DNA of 63,525 nucleotides, filler included, from Globobulimina sp. (taxonomy: Eukaryota), in the NCBI GenBank assembly GCA_003354225.1. It is 51 parts of 51 records of this genome, joined end to end, with 100 filler letters (N's around TTAATTAATTAA, not from the genome) between each part and the next. Parts side by side here need not be neighbours in the genome. Positions count along the whole stretch, not along the records: positions 11,233 to 12,380 come from PIVH01022338.1; positions 12,481 to 13,628 come from PIVH01022339.1; positions 13,729 to 14,876 come from PIVH01022340.1; positions 14,977 to 16,124 come from PIVH01022341.1; positions 16,225 to 17,372 come from PIVH01022342.1; positions 17,473 to 18,620 come from PIVH01022343.1; positions 18,721 to 19,868 come from PIVH01022344.1; positions 19,969 to 21,116 come from PIVH01022345.1; 43 more parts are not named here. One strand, 5' to 3'. Positions within the stretch are counted from its first letter, which is position 1. Every line of letters starts with the position of its first letter. The notes beneath the pieces are model-generated. The model saw only the letters and a program-made list of their open reading frames with translations, made no database searches and was not told where the DNA came from. The position numbers were made by a program, and so were the translations under genes. Positions 11,845 through 22,517 of the stretch are shown in pieces.

Positions 11845-12360
11845 CATATGCGAGCGACTCGTCCGCGTTAGCCTAAGGGAAGGTGTTTTTACACGCAAGC
11901 TACGCCCGACTTATCCTAAGGAGGTTTGGTCGAGCCAGTCGCCCGAGTTATTGTAAGGGGAATGTGTTTTACACGCAAGTTATGTCCGACTTAGCCTAAG
12001 GGAAAGTGCGCTTTTTACACGCAAAACCCTCACCTGATTTATTTTAGTCATATCAAATATTATCAAAATTTCAAATATTTCCAAAATAAAATATGATCAA
12101 TATGATCGGACAGGATCCCCTTTAAAAAAAAAATGTGATTTTTTGATCATTTTGTCTTCATCTTATCCGATTCATCACAACTATAATCACAACAAAAAAG
12201 CATACAGCATATGCGAGCGACTCGCCCGAGTTATGTCCGAGTTAGCGTAATGTGGTTTTGTCGAGTTAGCGTAATGTGGCAAGTTACCATAAAGTAAAGT
12301 GTACTTTTTACACTGTGAGTTAGACTATGATATGAACAAAATATGTCCTATTTACACGCA
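11845..12360. repeat. Degenerate repeat array (TTTACACGCAA, GCATATGCGAGCGACTCG, GAGTTAGCGTAATGTGG motifs)
   Basis: TTTACACGCAA occurs four times; GCATATGCGAGCGACTCG twice (~11845, ~12207); GAGTTAGCGTAATGTGG twice (~12239, ~12263). Confidence 0.75.
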
Positions 12361-12653
12361 AAAAATGTCATGATCATATTNNNNNNNNNNNNNNNNNNNN
12401 NNNNNNNNNNNNNNNNNNNNNNNNTTAATTAATTAANNNNNNNNNNNNNNNNNNNNNNNNNNNNNNNNNNNNNNNNNNNNAAAGGTGACAAACAACTTTT
12501 TGATGGCTTTGTGAAATGGTTTCGTGACTCTTTATAGTTGTGTCAGACTGCAGTGTATTAAGGGCTTTTCATTGTTTGTCTGAGTATTTTTGCAAGATTT
12601 TGTTTCAAAATTGTCGGATTTATTCATTATTTAAATCAAGAACAATGCTTAAT

Positions 12654-13625
12654 TCATTTATTCCGTTGCTGTATCATCATTGTTACCATTCTTTGCTTTT
12701 GGCATTGTTGAAAGCACCAACAAAGCAACAAAACGACACTAAGACAACAACCAATTATCACAGGTCCATACTTTGGATGATTTAACAAATTCATCAGATT
12801 GAATCCTGTAATTCGCGCCACCACAGTCCAGTTTTGCGGACATGCCGAGTCTTTCCCTTTTATTCCAACTGCGATTTCCAACAATCCTTCATCGATGATT
12901 GGGTTTTTAAATTTTACTGAGGCTTCGCTTCCATTTTCGTCAACATCAATAAAGTCACATTCTATTTGTTTCGTCAACATTCTGCAACATCGCGTAATCA
13001 CTACATTTAATATTTTATCGTGGTCCAAACCAATACCTTTGATAGCAACTTGCTGCACAGGTTTGGTATATATGATGTTATTTGTCCATATTGTCGATTC
13101 TGGTTTGAATAAATATTCAATCGTCACAATATTTGCACTGTTCACATTCCACTGATCATCTTTTATCATGAAACAAAACCATTCATTGTCCGCTGTGGGA
13201 GTTAATAAGTAATTAGTGATCGACACAGATCTCTGCGCTGTTGCTCCGTCAAACAGATGCGAGTCATCTCGCTCTGCGTAAAATTCATTGTTTACACGCG
13301 CTGCTTTTGGATCTTTGTCCCATTCTACAACGGAGTCAGTGTCATAGTCCATCGCTGCAGTCTCGCATTTTGTGCCTGTGGTGAAATACAATTTGTATTG
13401 GGTTACTTTCGAGCGAATATTAAAATTTATCAAATAATTTGCTTTCCCAATGGTTTGGCAACGGATAATATTAACAGAATCGTCGTCGAGTATCACGGTT
13501 TTGCCACTCGAAAAAGAAGAGTCTTGACAACCGCCTGGATTTAAGATCTGTTTATCTTCGGTGCCATCTGTAGGTGCACTAAAATTAAAAATCAATAAAA
13601 TAGTTACAAAGCTAATCACATTCAT
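12654..13625 (-). CDS. Type I membrane protein of unknown function
   Basis: Signal peptide, beta-rich Cys-containing ectodomain, C-terminal TM helix followed by Cys residues. Confidence 0.75.
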   Translation of the reverse strand: MNVISFVTILLIFNFSAPTDGTEDKQILNPGGCQDSSFSSGKTVILDDDSVNIIRCQTIGKANYLINFNIRSKVTQYKLYFTTGTKCETAAMDYDTDSVVEWDKDPKAARVNNEFYAERDDSHLFDGATAQRSVSITNYLLTPTADNEWFCFMIKDDQWNVNSANIVTIEYLFKPESTIWTNNIIYTKPVQQVAIKGIGLDHDKILNVVITRCCRMLTKQIECDFIDVDENGSEASVKFKNPIIDEGLLEIAVGIKGKDSACPQNWTVVARITGFNLMNLLNHPKYGPVIIGCCLSVVLLLCWCFQQCQKQRMVTMMIQQRNK

Positions 13626-13826
13626 TCTNNNNNNNNNNNNNNNNNNNNNNNNNNNNNNNNNNNNNNNNNNNNTTAATTAATTAANNNNNNNNNNNNNNNN
13701 NNNNNNNNNNNNNNNNNNNNNNNNNNNNCACCATTTTTATTAGAAACATCTCCACTAATCTTGCCACAAATAATATTTCCATTTTTATTTGTAACATCGC
13801 CAGAAACATCGCCTTTTATATTTATA

Positions 13827-14363
13827 TTACCATTTTTTGAAGAAACATTTTTGCATGTACCAACAATTTTTATTTTGTTGCAACGTATTGAATAACTGCG
13901 TAAATGAGTAATTGCTGACCGCTAATGGCGAGATACCAATGTTATTAAGAAAATCTTTGGGAATACATGCCAACCAATAATACATATCTTGCGTAGTACG
14001 GAATCCATGGAAAAAATGCTTAAAATTATGCATTAATATTTGATTAAATGTCGATGTGCCACCATTTACGGATGCAACTATAATTAATACTGGTTGCTGT
14101 TTTGGTTTTAGTTTATAATTTAGTTTTGGTGCTATTTCATCTTTATAGGTGCTATTTAGTTTTGGGTTTGATGTAGGTGCTATTTCATCTTTATTTAATG
14201 CATAAAACAAAATTATTATGAGAATGATGATGAGAAATAGAAACCCAATCACATTTTTTTTCATTTGTTTTGTTTTTTGAGATTTGTCATTGAATTTATC
14301 ATTTTCATCCAATTTTTTTGAGCGAGTATTACTTGCGACGCGTTTGTTTCTGTGCACCAACAT
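13827..14363 (-). CDS. Type II membrane sulfotransferase-like protein, N-terminal part (probably truncated by a chimeric join)
   Basis: TM anchor, then IIVASVNGGTSTF resembling the 5'-PSB loop (IIG..KGGTT). Confidence 0.5.
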   Translation of the reverse strand: MLVHRNKRVASNTRSKKLDENDKFNDKSQKTKQMKKNVIGFLFLIIILIIILFYALNKDEIAPTSNPKLNSTYKDEIAPKLNYKLKPKQQPVLIIVASVNGGTSTFNQILMHNFKHFFHGFRTTQDMYYWLACIPKDFLNNIGISPLAVSNYSFTQLFNTLQQNKNCWYMQKCFFKKW

Positions 14364-14976
14364 TGTTTCTGTAAAACTAAAGACTTAACTGCTTACCGAG
14401 TAGAGTCTTCAAAACACTTCTTCAAAACACTAAGAAAGTACGTAAAAACAAAATACGTTTATTAACGTTTTGGATTTTTCCATAAGGAAATTTCGATGAA
14501 TAAAATATTTCTTAGCTATAGATCTGTTCGTCAGTAAATGTTAAAATGTCATGTACGTTGCTAACATATCACAATTTGCTTTTATTTCGTTTAAGTTTTT
14601 TTATGTCAACAACACCAGCAACAAACCCATGATAATGTGTCCATTCATATGTATGTTGTTCGTTATTAACGCATTGAATAAATTTTTTACTTTTATCAAT
14701 ATCAATAGTTCCTATATACAATTCGACATCAATTCCATTCTTTGTTTTTGTTTTTATAATATCCCATATATTCACATAACAATGATTCCAACTTTGCATT
14801 CTTATTTCATTCCAATATACGTTACTCATACAATAAATTACTTTTTTATTATCTTTTAATTGTTGATCATAATTTANNNNNNNNNNNNNNNNNNNNNNNN
14901 NNNNNNNNNNNNNNNNNNNNTTAATTAATTAANNNNNNNNNNNNNNNNNNNNNNNNNNNNNNNNNNNNNNNNNNNN

Positions 14977-15666
14977 ACCATATTATCAACATCGATATCG
15001 GAATATGAATCTAGTTCGACCCTCTTAAACAAGATACATACAGCAAGTGCGATAATTGCAAGCAAAATAAAAGACAATGATGGTAACAATGAGGATGAGG
15101 ATAAGGGTGAGGATGAAATCGTTATTATCTCAGCAAAAAAATCAATACGTTGTCCTTTGACAATTTGCATCATGGAATCTCCTGCCAAATCATCAAAATG
15201 TGGCCATGTCTTTGAAAAATCTGCGATCATTCAGTACATCCAACACTCTTCAATTTCATCAAAATGTCCTATTCCTGGATGCAATAATTACATAAAACAA
15301 GAATACTTGGAACAGGATTTGGAAACAAAACAATTGATTGAAATTTATAAGACGGAAGAGAGAGGAAAACAAATTGAAATTGTAGACTTATGTTCTGATT
15401 CCGATGAATCTGATGATGGAAAGGACAATGAATTGGAACAAAGTCCTCAAAAAAACGCAGTTATGCCACCTCCACAGAATTATACGTGCAAAAAATGTGG
15501 ACAAGAAGGAAAACATTGGATAATGCATTGTACATACAGACAAGAAGTATTTTGTTCCGATAATATAAGCTTTAATGAAGGTAACGACAGTAATTCTGAA
15601 TCTGACTCTAGCGGTAATATTGAAATTGAAATTCTCTCTACCTTTCCTAATTTAAGAATACAATGA
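14977..15666 (+). CDS. SP-RING (Nse2/Mms21-type) zinc finger plus zinc-knuckle protein (5'-partial)
   Basis: CPLT..MESPAKSSKCGHVFEKSAI...CPIPGC; PPQNYTCKKCGQEGKHWIMHC. Confidence 0.8.
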   Translation, partial: TILSTSISEYESSSTLLNKIHTASAIIASKIKDNDGNNEDEDKGEDEIVIISAKKSIRCPLTICIMESPAKSSKCGHVFEKSAIIQYIQHSSISSKCPIPGCNNYIKQEYLEQDLETKQLIEIYKTEERGKQIEIVDLCSDSDESDDGKDNELEQSPQKNAVMPPPQNYTCKKCGQEGKHWIMHCTYRQEVFCSDNISFNEGNDSNSESDSSGNIEIEILSTFPNLRIQ

Positions 15667-16224
15667 TATCGAGTTATTTAATAGATTTTGTATATCAGAT
15701 TGCAACCCAATGCCTGGAAATTAGTGCAAATGAAGCATTATGTTCCCTCCTTCGATCTGCAGGAACTAATAAAAACATTTCGCGATGCGACATTCACGAA
15801 TACTATACTTGCGGCATAGTGACGTATTCGATCTTTATTCAGAAAAAGTAAAAAAAAAATTAATACACTATGATATATCACAAAAAATTAATAACAATGC
15901 ATAAATTAATAAAAATTACTTACATCCACTGTCCTTTTGTTATTGCCTTTGGCAACTTATATCTTTTAGTTTTAGTCTTAGTCCTTTTTGTATCAACAAT
16001 CTCAAGCTCAAGCTCACTTTTATTGTTGTTGTCCTTTTTATAATCATCGTTTTTATCATTTGACACTGTAAAACTGCTCGATTCCTCTTCATTTTCGTTT
16101 ATTTTTCCATCCAATATTCTATGCNNNNNNNNNNNNNNNNNNNNNNNNNNNNNNNNNNNNNNNNNNNNTTAATTAATTAANNNNNNNNNNNNNNNNNNNN
16201 NNNNNNNNNNNNNNNNNNNNNNNN

Positions 16225-16990
16225 AGTTTAATTTTGGTATATTAACTGTTCGTTGTTTATATTTAAATTTGTGTTTAACTCCGCTTAATATTTTACCATC
16301 TTTACCAACAATAATTGCATCATCAAAATTCATATTCATATTTCTATCATTTGTTGGGATTTTCATTTTTCTTATTCCCTTTATTGCAGTTTGTATATTT
16401 AAACAACAAACACACACTAAAATTATAAAACAATATATAATTCCAACTGCGATGAATCCAGCAAATAAAGCTACGCCTAATAATAACCACACATCGTTCA
16501 ATACAGTTTGCGCTAAACTGCGTTTTTTGTGTTTAATCGATAGCGGTGTTTCTATTATCTTACTATTACAAATTGGCCAATATTTGTCATCGCAGTCAAC
16601 AATTTCCCACGTTATTGTAACACATTTTTCATTTTGTAATTCTTCAAAATCAGAATCATTTGAATTTATAAAAACATTACCAAAATCAAATGCTGTTTCA
16701 TCACTCCATACGAAAGATGATGAAGATAGTGACATATTCACATTTAAACCGATCCAAAAATTACTTTGTGTAAACCGTTCCGATGTTAATTTCACAACGC
16801 TTTCATATTCAGAATATGAATGAATACTTACTAAATTAGTTCTGTATTCATTCATACAATATTGCTCTGCATCGTGCCATGTCAATTTGTTACTTGCATC
16901 CAACAGTGTTGGTATGATAAATGTATCTGTAGATTGAATACAAATAATAATCCAACACGAAAGAAAAAAAAGTGGTGCTCTACAGTGCAT
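16225..16990 (-). CDS. C-type lectin domain single-pass membrane protein (3'-partial)
   Basis: Signal peptide; TWHDAEQYC, LVSIHS, FWIGLN, FVWSD, C-terminal Cys; TM helix. Confidence 0.88.
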
Positions 16991-17054
16991 TTTTGGAGTT
17001 GAAAGAAAGTTTTCAGTTAAGTGGAAAGTGATAATTCAAGCGACACAAAAAACA

Positions 17055-17372
17055 ATGATATTTCTCTTATTAATAACTATTCACATTGCATTTACGTCAT
17101 CGTCCCTTACATATACTTTGATACATGAATTGCTGAGTTGGTCTGATGCCGAGGAATACTGCCAACTAAATCTAGGTATAAAAATATTACAATATATAAT
17201 ATATCTTTTTCCATTCGGTGCGGACGTACGATAAAAATGTACAAAAAGGAACTAACTTAGCATCAATATTCAACGAATATGAATATTTGGAGGTTAAGAA
17301 GTTATGTGAAATATTTGGAGGGTTTGGATGCTGGGCTGGATTGAGCGACATACAAAATGATGGCTTTTTTGC
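17055..17372 (+). CDS. C-type lectin domain protein, N-terminal part, intron 17176-17248
   Basis: SWSDAEEYC; splicing the GT...AG intron restores LGTNLASI; CWAGLSD follows. Confidence 0.8.
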
Positions 17373-17472
17373 NNNNNNNNNNNNNNNNNNNNNNNNNNNN
17401 NNNNNNNNNNNNNNNNTTAATTAATTAANNNNNNNNNNNNNNNNNNNNNNNNNNNNNNNNNNNNNNNNNNNN

Positions 17473-17644
17473 AGCATGTGACTGTTAAAGAATTTGCGTT
17501 TGAACCATTTATTGTTGAATTGTAACAGTCTGACGGATTGTCATTGCAATTAACCAAACAATCCTGACCACGGTCACAGATAGACCTACAGTCGCAAAAT
17601 AATGAGATTATCAAAATAATTTGATACAAGAAAGCATCCATCAT
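17473..17644 (-). CDS. Secreted Cys-rich repeat protein, N-terminal fragment
   Basis: Signal peptide; C..C...C...STING....SLTVTC pattern shared with 49179-49808. Confidence 0.6.
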
Positions 17645-17720
17645 AAAACGTTCTATTTCATCAAAAACTTTCTAGTGCATCAACTCCGAAAGTCAACTAT
17701 GTACAAACATCGATAATATA

Positions 17721-18620
17721 TCAATTGAACAATTTTTGTAAAATATCAACTTCTTTCTCCAAGTCTTTATCATTACAATGTTTAATTTCTTTGGTGAAAT
17801 AATTCAGAAACTGTCTGAATTTGGCCTTATGATTATTATTAATTCTTAAATTTTGTAAACATGAATCTTTGTTATTTTCTTTTTCTATCCAATCCATTAA
17901 TAATTCCCCATATTTGCACAACAAGATTGCTTTTCGAATTCCTTTATTATCATAAAAATTAATATCATCTGCAATCATATCATCATTGTTATTGTTATTT
18001 GTTTGAAATGTTACAAGTTGTTTGTTTGTATATTTGTCACCATTTTTATCCTCAAATGACACGTGAATTAAAATATTATTTTGATTCACATTCTCCTTCA
18101 ATTTAATTAATTGAACGCCACCTTTTGTACCACCTTTTTCTTGACATTGTTTGGATGGAAATAAAGTATTAATTTTAATAATTTCTCCATTTTTAATATC
18201 CGAGTATCCATAGGTTTTATCAATACCATCTGGATTTCCTTCAAATTCCATTTTTAAACAAACATTAAAAACCAACGGAGTTACCATAAAATCAAAATTA
18301 TCATCCATCACTTTGTTAAAATCATTTGTCGATTTAACAGAATAATAATTACAACCACGTGAACTATTTGATATTTGCTCAATTAATTTAGCGTTAAAAT
18401 CGAATCCAATGCCAATGAATGTGGTATAAATATAATTTGATTTATTATTTGAATATGTGTCCACTAATCGCATCAAACTATTTGCATTTGTCATACCTGC
18501 ATTTGGTTGGGCATCCGTTAAAAAAATAATTCGATTATCATATTCTGTGTTTGTTCGGATATTATTATCTAAATACAATTTAATTGCTGCATTATATCCG
18601 CATTCAAAGTTGGTACCACC
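17721..18620 (-). CDS. von Willebrand factor A domain protein (5'-partial)
   Basis: GGT..., RIIFLTDAQPN, TTFIGIGFDFN MIDAS-type motifs. Confidence 0.85.
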   Translation of the reverse strand, partial: GGTNFECGYNAAIKLYLDNNIRTNTEYDNRIIFLTDAQPNAGMTNANSLMRLVDTYSNNKSNYIYTTFIGIGFDFNAKLIEQISNSSRGCNYYSVKSTNDFNKVMDDNFDFMVTPLVFNVCLKMEFEGNPDGIDKTYGYSDIKNGEIIKINTLFPSKQCQEKGGTKGGVQLIKLKENVNQNNILIHVSFEDKNGDKYTNKQLVTFQTNNNNNDDMIADDINFYDNKGIRKAILLCKYGELLMDWIEKENNKDSCLQNLRINNNHKAKFRQFLNYFTKEIKHCNDKDLEKEVDILQKLFN

Positions 18621-18720
18621 NNNNNNNNNNNNNNNNNNNNNNNNNNNNNNNNNNNNNNNNNNNNTTAATTAATTAANNNNNNNNNNNNNNNNNNNNNNNN
18701 NNNNNNNNNNNNNNNNNNNN

Positions 18721-19792
18721 CACTCAAATCTGATCCTTTCACTTGTTCCTCTTTTAATTTATTCCGTAATGCTTTTTTATATATTTTATATTCTTCATTC
18801 AAACCAATTATCCAATCTGTAATATTCTCATAGCCCCAATTTCTATAATTTTTTGTGTTTCGGAGTTGTAATTGCAATGCTTTGCATTCTTTATTTAACA
18901 TTCCATTTTCTTGTCGAAATTTATTCATTTCATTTGTATACTTTTTTACTTTATTGCTTAACTCATTTACTTTTTTCTGTTCTTCTTCTTTTGATTGCGT
19001 TAATCGTACAATTTCTGCATTATATTTTATTTTCAACTCTTCATTTTTCTCTTGAAGTTTTTGGCACAAACTACTAATTCGTTTGTTGTTGCTTCGTTGC
19101 CCCTCAATGGTTTCTGCCAAATAAGCGACCAATACTTTTAAATCAAACTTATTGTTATTGAATAAATCGATTAATTCCTTTTCCACGAAATGATAGGTCC
19201 ACGAATTTAAATATCGCTTCAACAAATCCGATTTCATTGATCTTAAAACCGGAGCACAAATCAAAATAAATCTCTTCTGTCCAATCAAATATTCATTTTG
19301 TAAAATAGCATTTTTAATGGATGTACAGTTCATAATTTGTATACAATCAGTATATAAATCAAAAAATTGATTTGCTTTTTCTTCATCAAATATTTTTAAT
19401 ATTACAACACAGAATTCATTTAAGATTTTTTTTAATATTTCAATCCAGATTTTATTACTATCGTTGCCCAACATTTTCCCATATACACAACGCACAAATT
19501 GCAGCCATATTTGATAGTCACTGTCCATAATCACAGAGTCAAAAATAAATGTTTCATGTTGAATTAACATTTTATACAAATCGTTTACATCCATTACAAC
19601 ATTGATAACATCAAATACTTTATTTTGCCTTTTTTGCAAATTCATTTTTTTTAAATGTCCAAAAACATGATCCATTAACAAATTAGTTAACAAAAATGCT
19701 TTATTTGGTAAAGCTAATCTTTGATCCAACTCAATCACAGTCAATAAACCGTCAAAAGTAAGTTGCGATTTTGCGATTTGCTGTTCAACCAC
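18721..19792 (-). CDS. Coiled-coil protein with C-terminal SAM-like domain (partial)
   Basis: Heptad-rich segment followed by WGYENITDWI...EEQVKGSDL. Confidence 0.65.
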
Positions 19793-19968
19793 TTGTGTGA
19801 ATACAACAAGTTGCGGTTTTGCGATTTGCGATTTGCTGCGGTTTTGTGCATTTTTATATACACAACAANNNNNNNNNNNNNNNNNNNNNNNNNNNNNNNN
19901 NNNNNNNNNNNNTTAATTAATTAANNNNNNNNNNNNNNNNNNNNNNNNNNNNNNNNNNNNNNNNNNNN

Positions 19969-21116
19969 AAAACGTGCTCAATATATTTGCATAATATATT
20001 ATAGGCCATCTCAACGGCATTATAATTGTGCAAATATGTACTGACCGACGCATATTTGGAGATATTGCAAAATAAAATGCCTATAAATTTGATAATATCG
20101 CGAATATATTTCTCATTTTGATTATTTTGGTTGCTGGTCATGGTGGAGGAGAGCGTAGAATCTCTCTCCGAGGATAGCGGTGAGGATAATGCTAAGGAAT
20201 AGATGTGAATTCCAGAGAGTATGCATTTTGTGCCATGTTTGGCTAATTTAATGCAGTTCTCTTCATCGATACAGATGGCGATAAAGGTTTTGATAATCTC
20301 TATGAACAATATATGGCTAATTCGCTCATGTTTGTCGTTGTTGTCATCATCATTGATCATTAATATCTTGATTAAGCCCGAAATAACATGGCATTTATTT
20401 GCATATTTACTGAATTTGGCAATGTTGGTTAAGGACCGAATCACTTTACAACAACATTGAATACGTAATGAACTCTCCAAACTGTGCTTATTCTGTTCTT
20501 TTAAACGCCAATGTTTCATAATATGCGTTAAGAAATTAAACACATTGCTTTGTTTCACTAAATGCGATGCGATATCGTTATGTGCCAAACACATTGCTTT
20601 GATGGTACGCAATGATAATATGACAATATTGGACGGGTAATTTAACTCTTTTATGCGATCAAATATTTGCAACTCACCTTTTTGTTGGATTAAGAGCCTG
20701 CCATTCTTTTCCGGCTGCAAATTGATTAAAATGGCAATGCCATTCAACATACATTCTTGTAATAAGATGCATTCCTTATTCTTGCGGCCTAGTTTGAGAA
20801 TGGAAGAGATTAGAAAGGATTCAATATTGTCATGTTCGTGATCAGTATTATTATTGGTATAGGCGGCGATATCGGACAATATTTGCATGCATAGTATCAA
20901 CATATTGCTATAGCCGTCCGTCACTGTGGATTGCTGGTGGTATGATTGTGATTGCTCGCTATCACAATCGATCTCTGTCACTAATTTATATAATATGCGC
21001 AGCAAGGAATCGTCCAATAAATCACGAACATTCTTGCCAATAAATGTAAAATTGCCCAATGTGCGCAATATGGAGGTCATCATTATGATGTGTTGGTCGC
21101 CGATCTGGTATTCCAA
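19969..21116 (-). CDS. ARM/HEAT-like helical repeat protein (internal fragment)
   Basis: Frame open over the whole contig; LGN/LTNIA amphipathic helical repeats. Confidence 0.6.
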
Positions 21117-21341
21117 NNNNNNNNNNNNNNNNNNNNNNNNNNNNNNNNNNNNNNNNNNNNTTAATTAATTAANNNNNNNNNNNNNNNNNNNNNNNNNNNN
21201 NNNNNNNNNNNNNNNNAATTTATTCACGCGTTGAGTGAATTTCGAAATTTTGAATGAAAATTTTTGAAAGAATTTTTGTTCGAAATTTGAATGATTATTT
21301 TTGACTGATGCCTTTTTTGAAAGAATTTTTGAGTGAATATT

Positions 21342-21965
21342 TGAAGGGCTGACTGCATAAAGGCCCTATGTCACATTATGGTAGTTTTGAGAAAATGGCT
21401 TTCAAAGTTCAACAACTGCCATTTTTGCTACATAAGTACTGGACTGCTCAAAGTTGGCCAGTATATACTTTAGTTATCTGACAATTTTTTGATGCCAAAA
21501 TTAGTCTTCTTCAGCGTTTCGCTGTTGAAAATTTCAATAATAAAAAATCAAAAAAATTTCGAACTTACAAAAAGGTTTCAAATATCACTAAGTTTGGTCT
21601 CCCTAGCATTGCTACAAACAGTTTTATCGAAAATAATTCAACAATACCGAATAAATGAAGAAACCGCGACGTTTTAGAGTATTTTCTTATGCACCAAAGC
21701 CCTATGTTTCTGTTCCTATGCCCTGGTAGAACATAAAGGCCCTATGTTCTTATGTGTTGAAGGATATGAGAGGGCCTTTATGCTCCCGCGATATGGTCTT
21801 TGTGTGTACATAGGGCCTTTTTCGATACCGTATCTCGAAATCTAGCGCTTTTCCAGCTAAAAGGACATCACAGAATGATTCTCCATGGTCTGTTTAGTAT
21901 AAAAGTGTAAAAAAAATCATTTTCGACAAAAATGGAGATAGGGCCTTTATGCAGTCAACCCTTCA
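21342..21965. mobile_element. Non-autonomous DNA transposon (MITE), 624 bp, 28-bp TIRs
   Basis: TIR TGAAGGGYTGACTGCATAAAGGCCCTAT at 21342-21369 and 21938-21965 (27/28); ATT on both flanks; internal copies of the TIR core; no credible ORF. Confidence 0.85.
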
Positions 21966-22136
21966 ATTGGATGGCTTGAGTATGGATGGATTTCGGCAAC
22001 TCAGACATTCATGCTGTTTTCCCCTATTATTATTCTGAAAACAATATAGCGTATTTTATCGTAATAAAAATATTTACTTTTTTCTTGCGTCGTTCGAATT
22101 GTGGTCGAATCTGAAAAAAAATATCAATTTTTGAAA

Positions 22137-22260
22137 GGACCGTAAATTGTTTTTGGGTCGGACCGTAAATTAATTTTGAGACGGACTGTAAATTGATTTT
22201 GGGTCGGACCGTGGGTTGATTTTGGGTCAGTCCGTCAATTGATTTCGGACCGTTAATCGA
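22137..22260. repeat. 23-bp tandem repeat (GGACCGTAAATTGATTTTGGGTC consensus)
   Basis: Four good and two degenerate units; inverted partial copy CAATTTACGGT at ~22268. Confidence 0.85.
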
Positions 22261-22517
22261 GCCCTATCAATTTACGGTTAGGCCATGTACACACTACTTA
22301 CCCCGGTTTGTCGATGGGTGGGTTGATTAATCAGTTCGGGTTGTTGCTGTGTCGGTGTTTGCGGNNNNNNNNNNNNNNNNNNNNNNNNNNNNNNNNNNNN
22401 NNNNNNNNTTAATTAATTAANNNNNNNNNNNNNNNNNNNNNNNNNNNNNNNNNNNNNNNNNNNNCCAAAAATAATAATAATAATAATAAAAATAATAATA
22501 ATGTAAAGAAAGCTAAA

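Noticed and set aside
11490..11910. Complete functional 5S rRNA genes
   Set aside because: Convincing similarity is limited to about 25-30 nt of the 5' end; box A and the full fold were not found.
16269..16823. Long antisense ORFs (also 41696-42214, 61746-62153, 12799-13155 and similar)
   Set aside because: They are shadows of well-supported genes on the opposite strand and have no motifs of their own.
22137..22260. CRISPR array
   Set aside because: Units are directly tandem with no unique spacers, and there are no cas genes.
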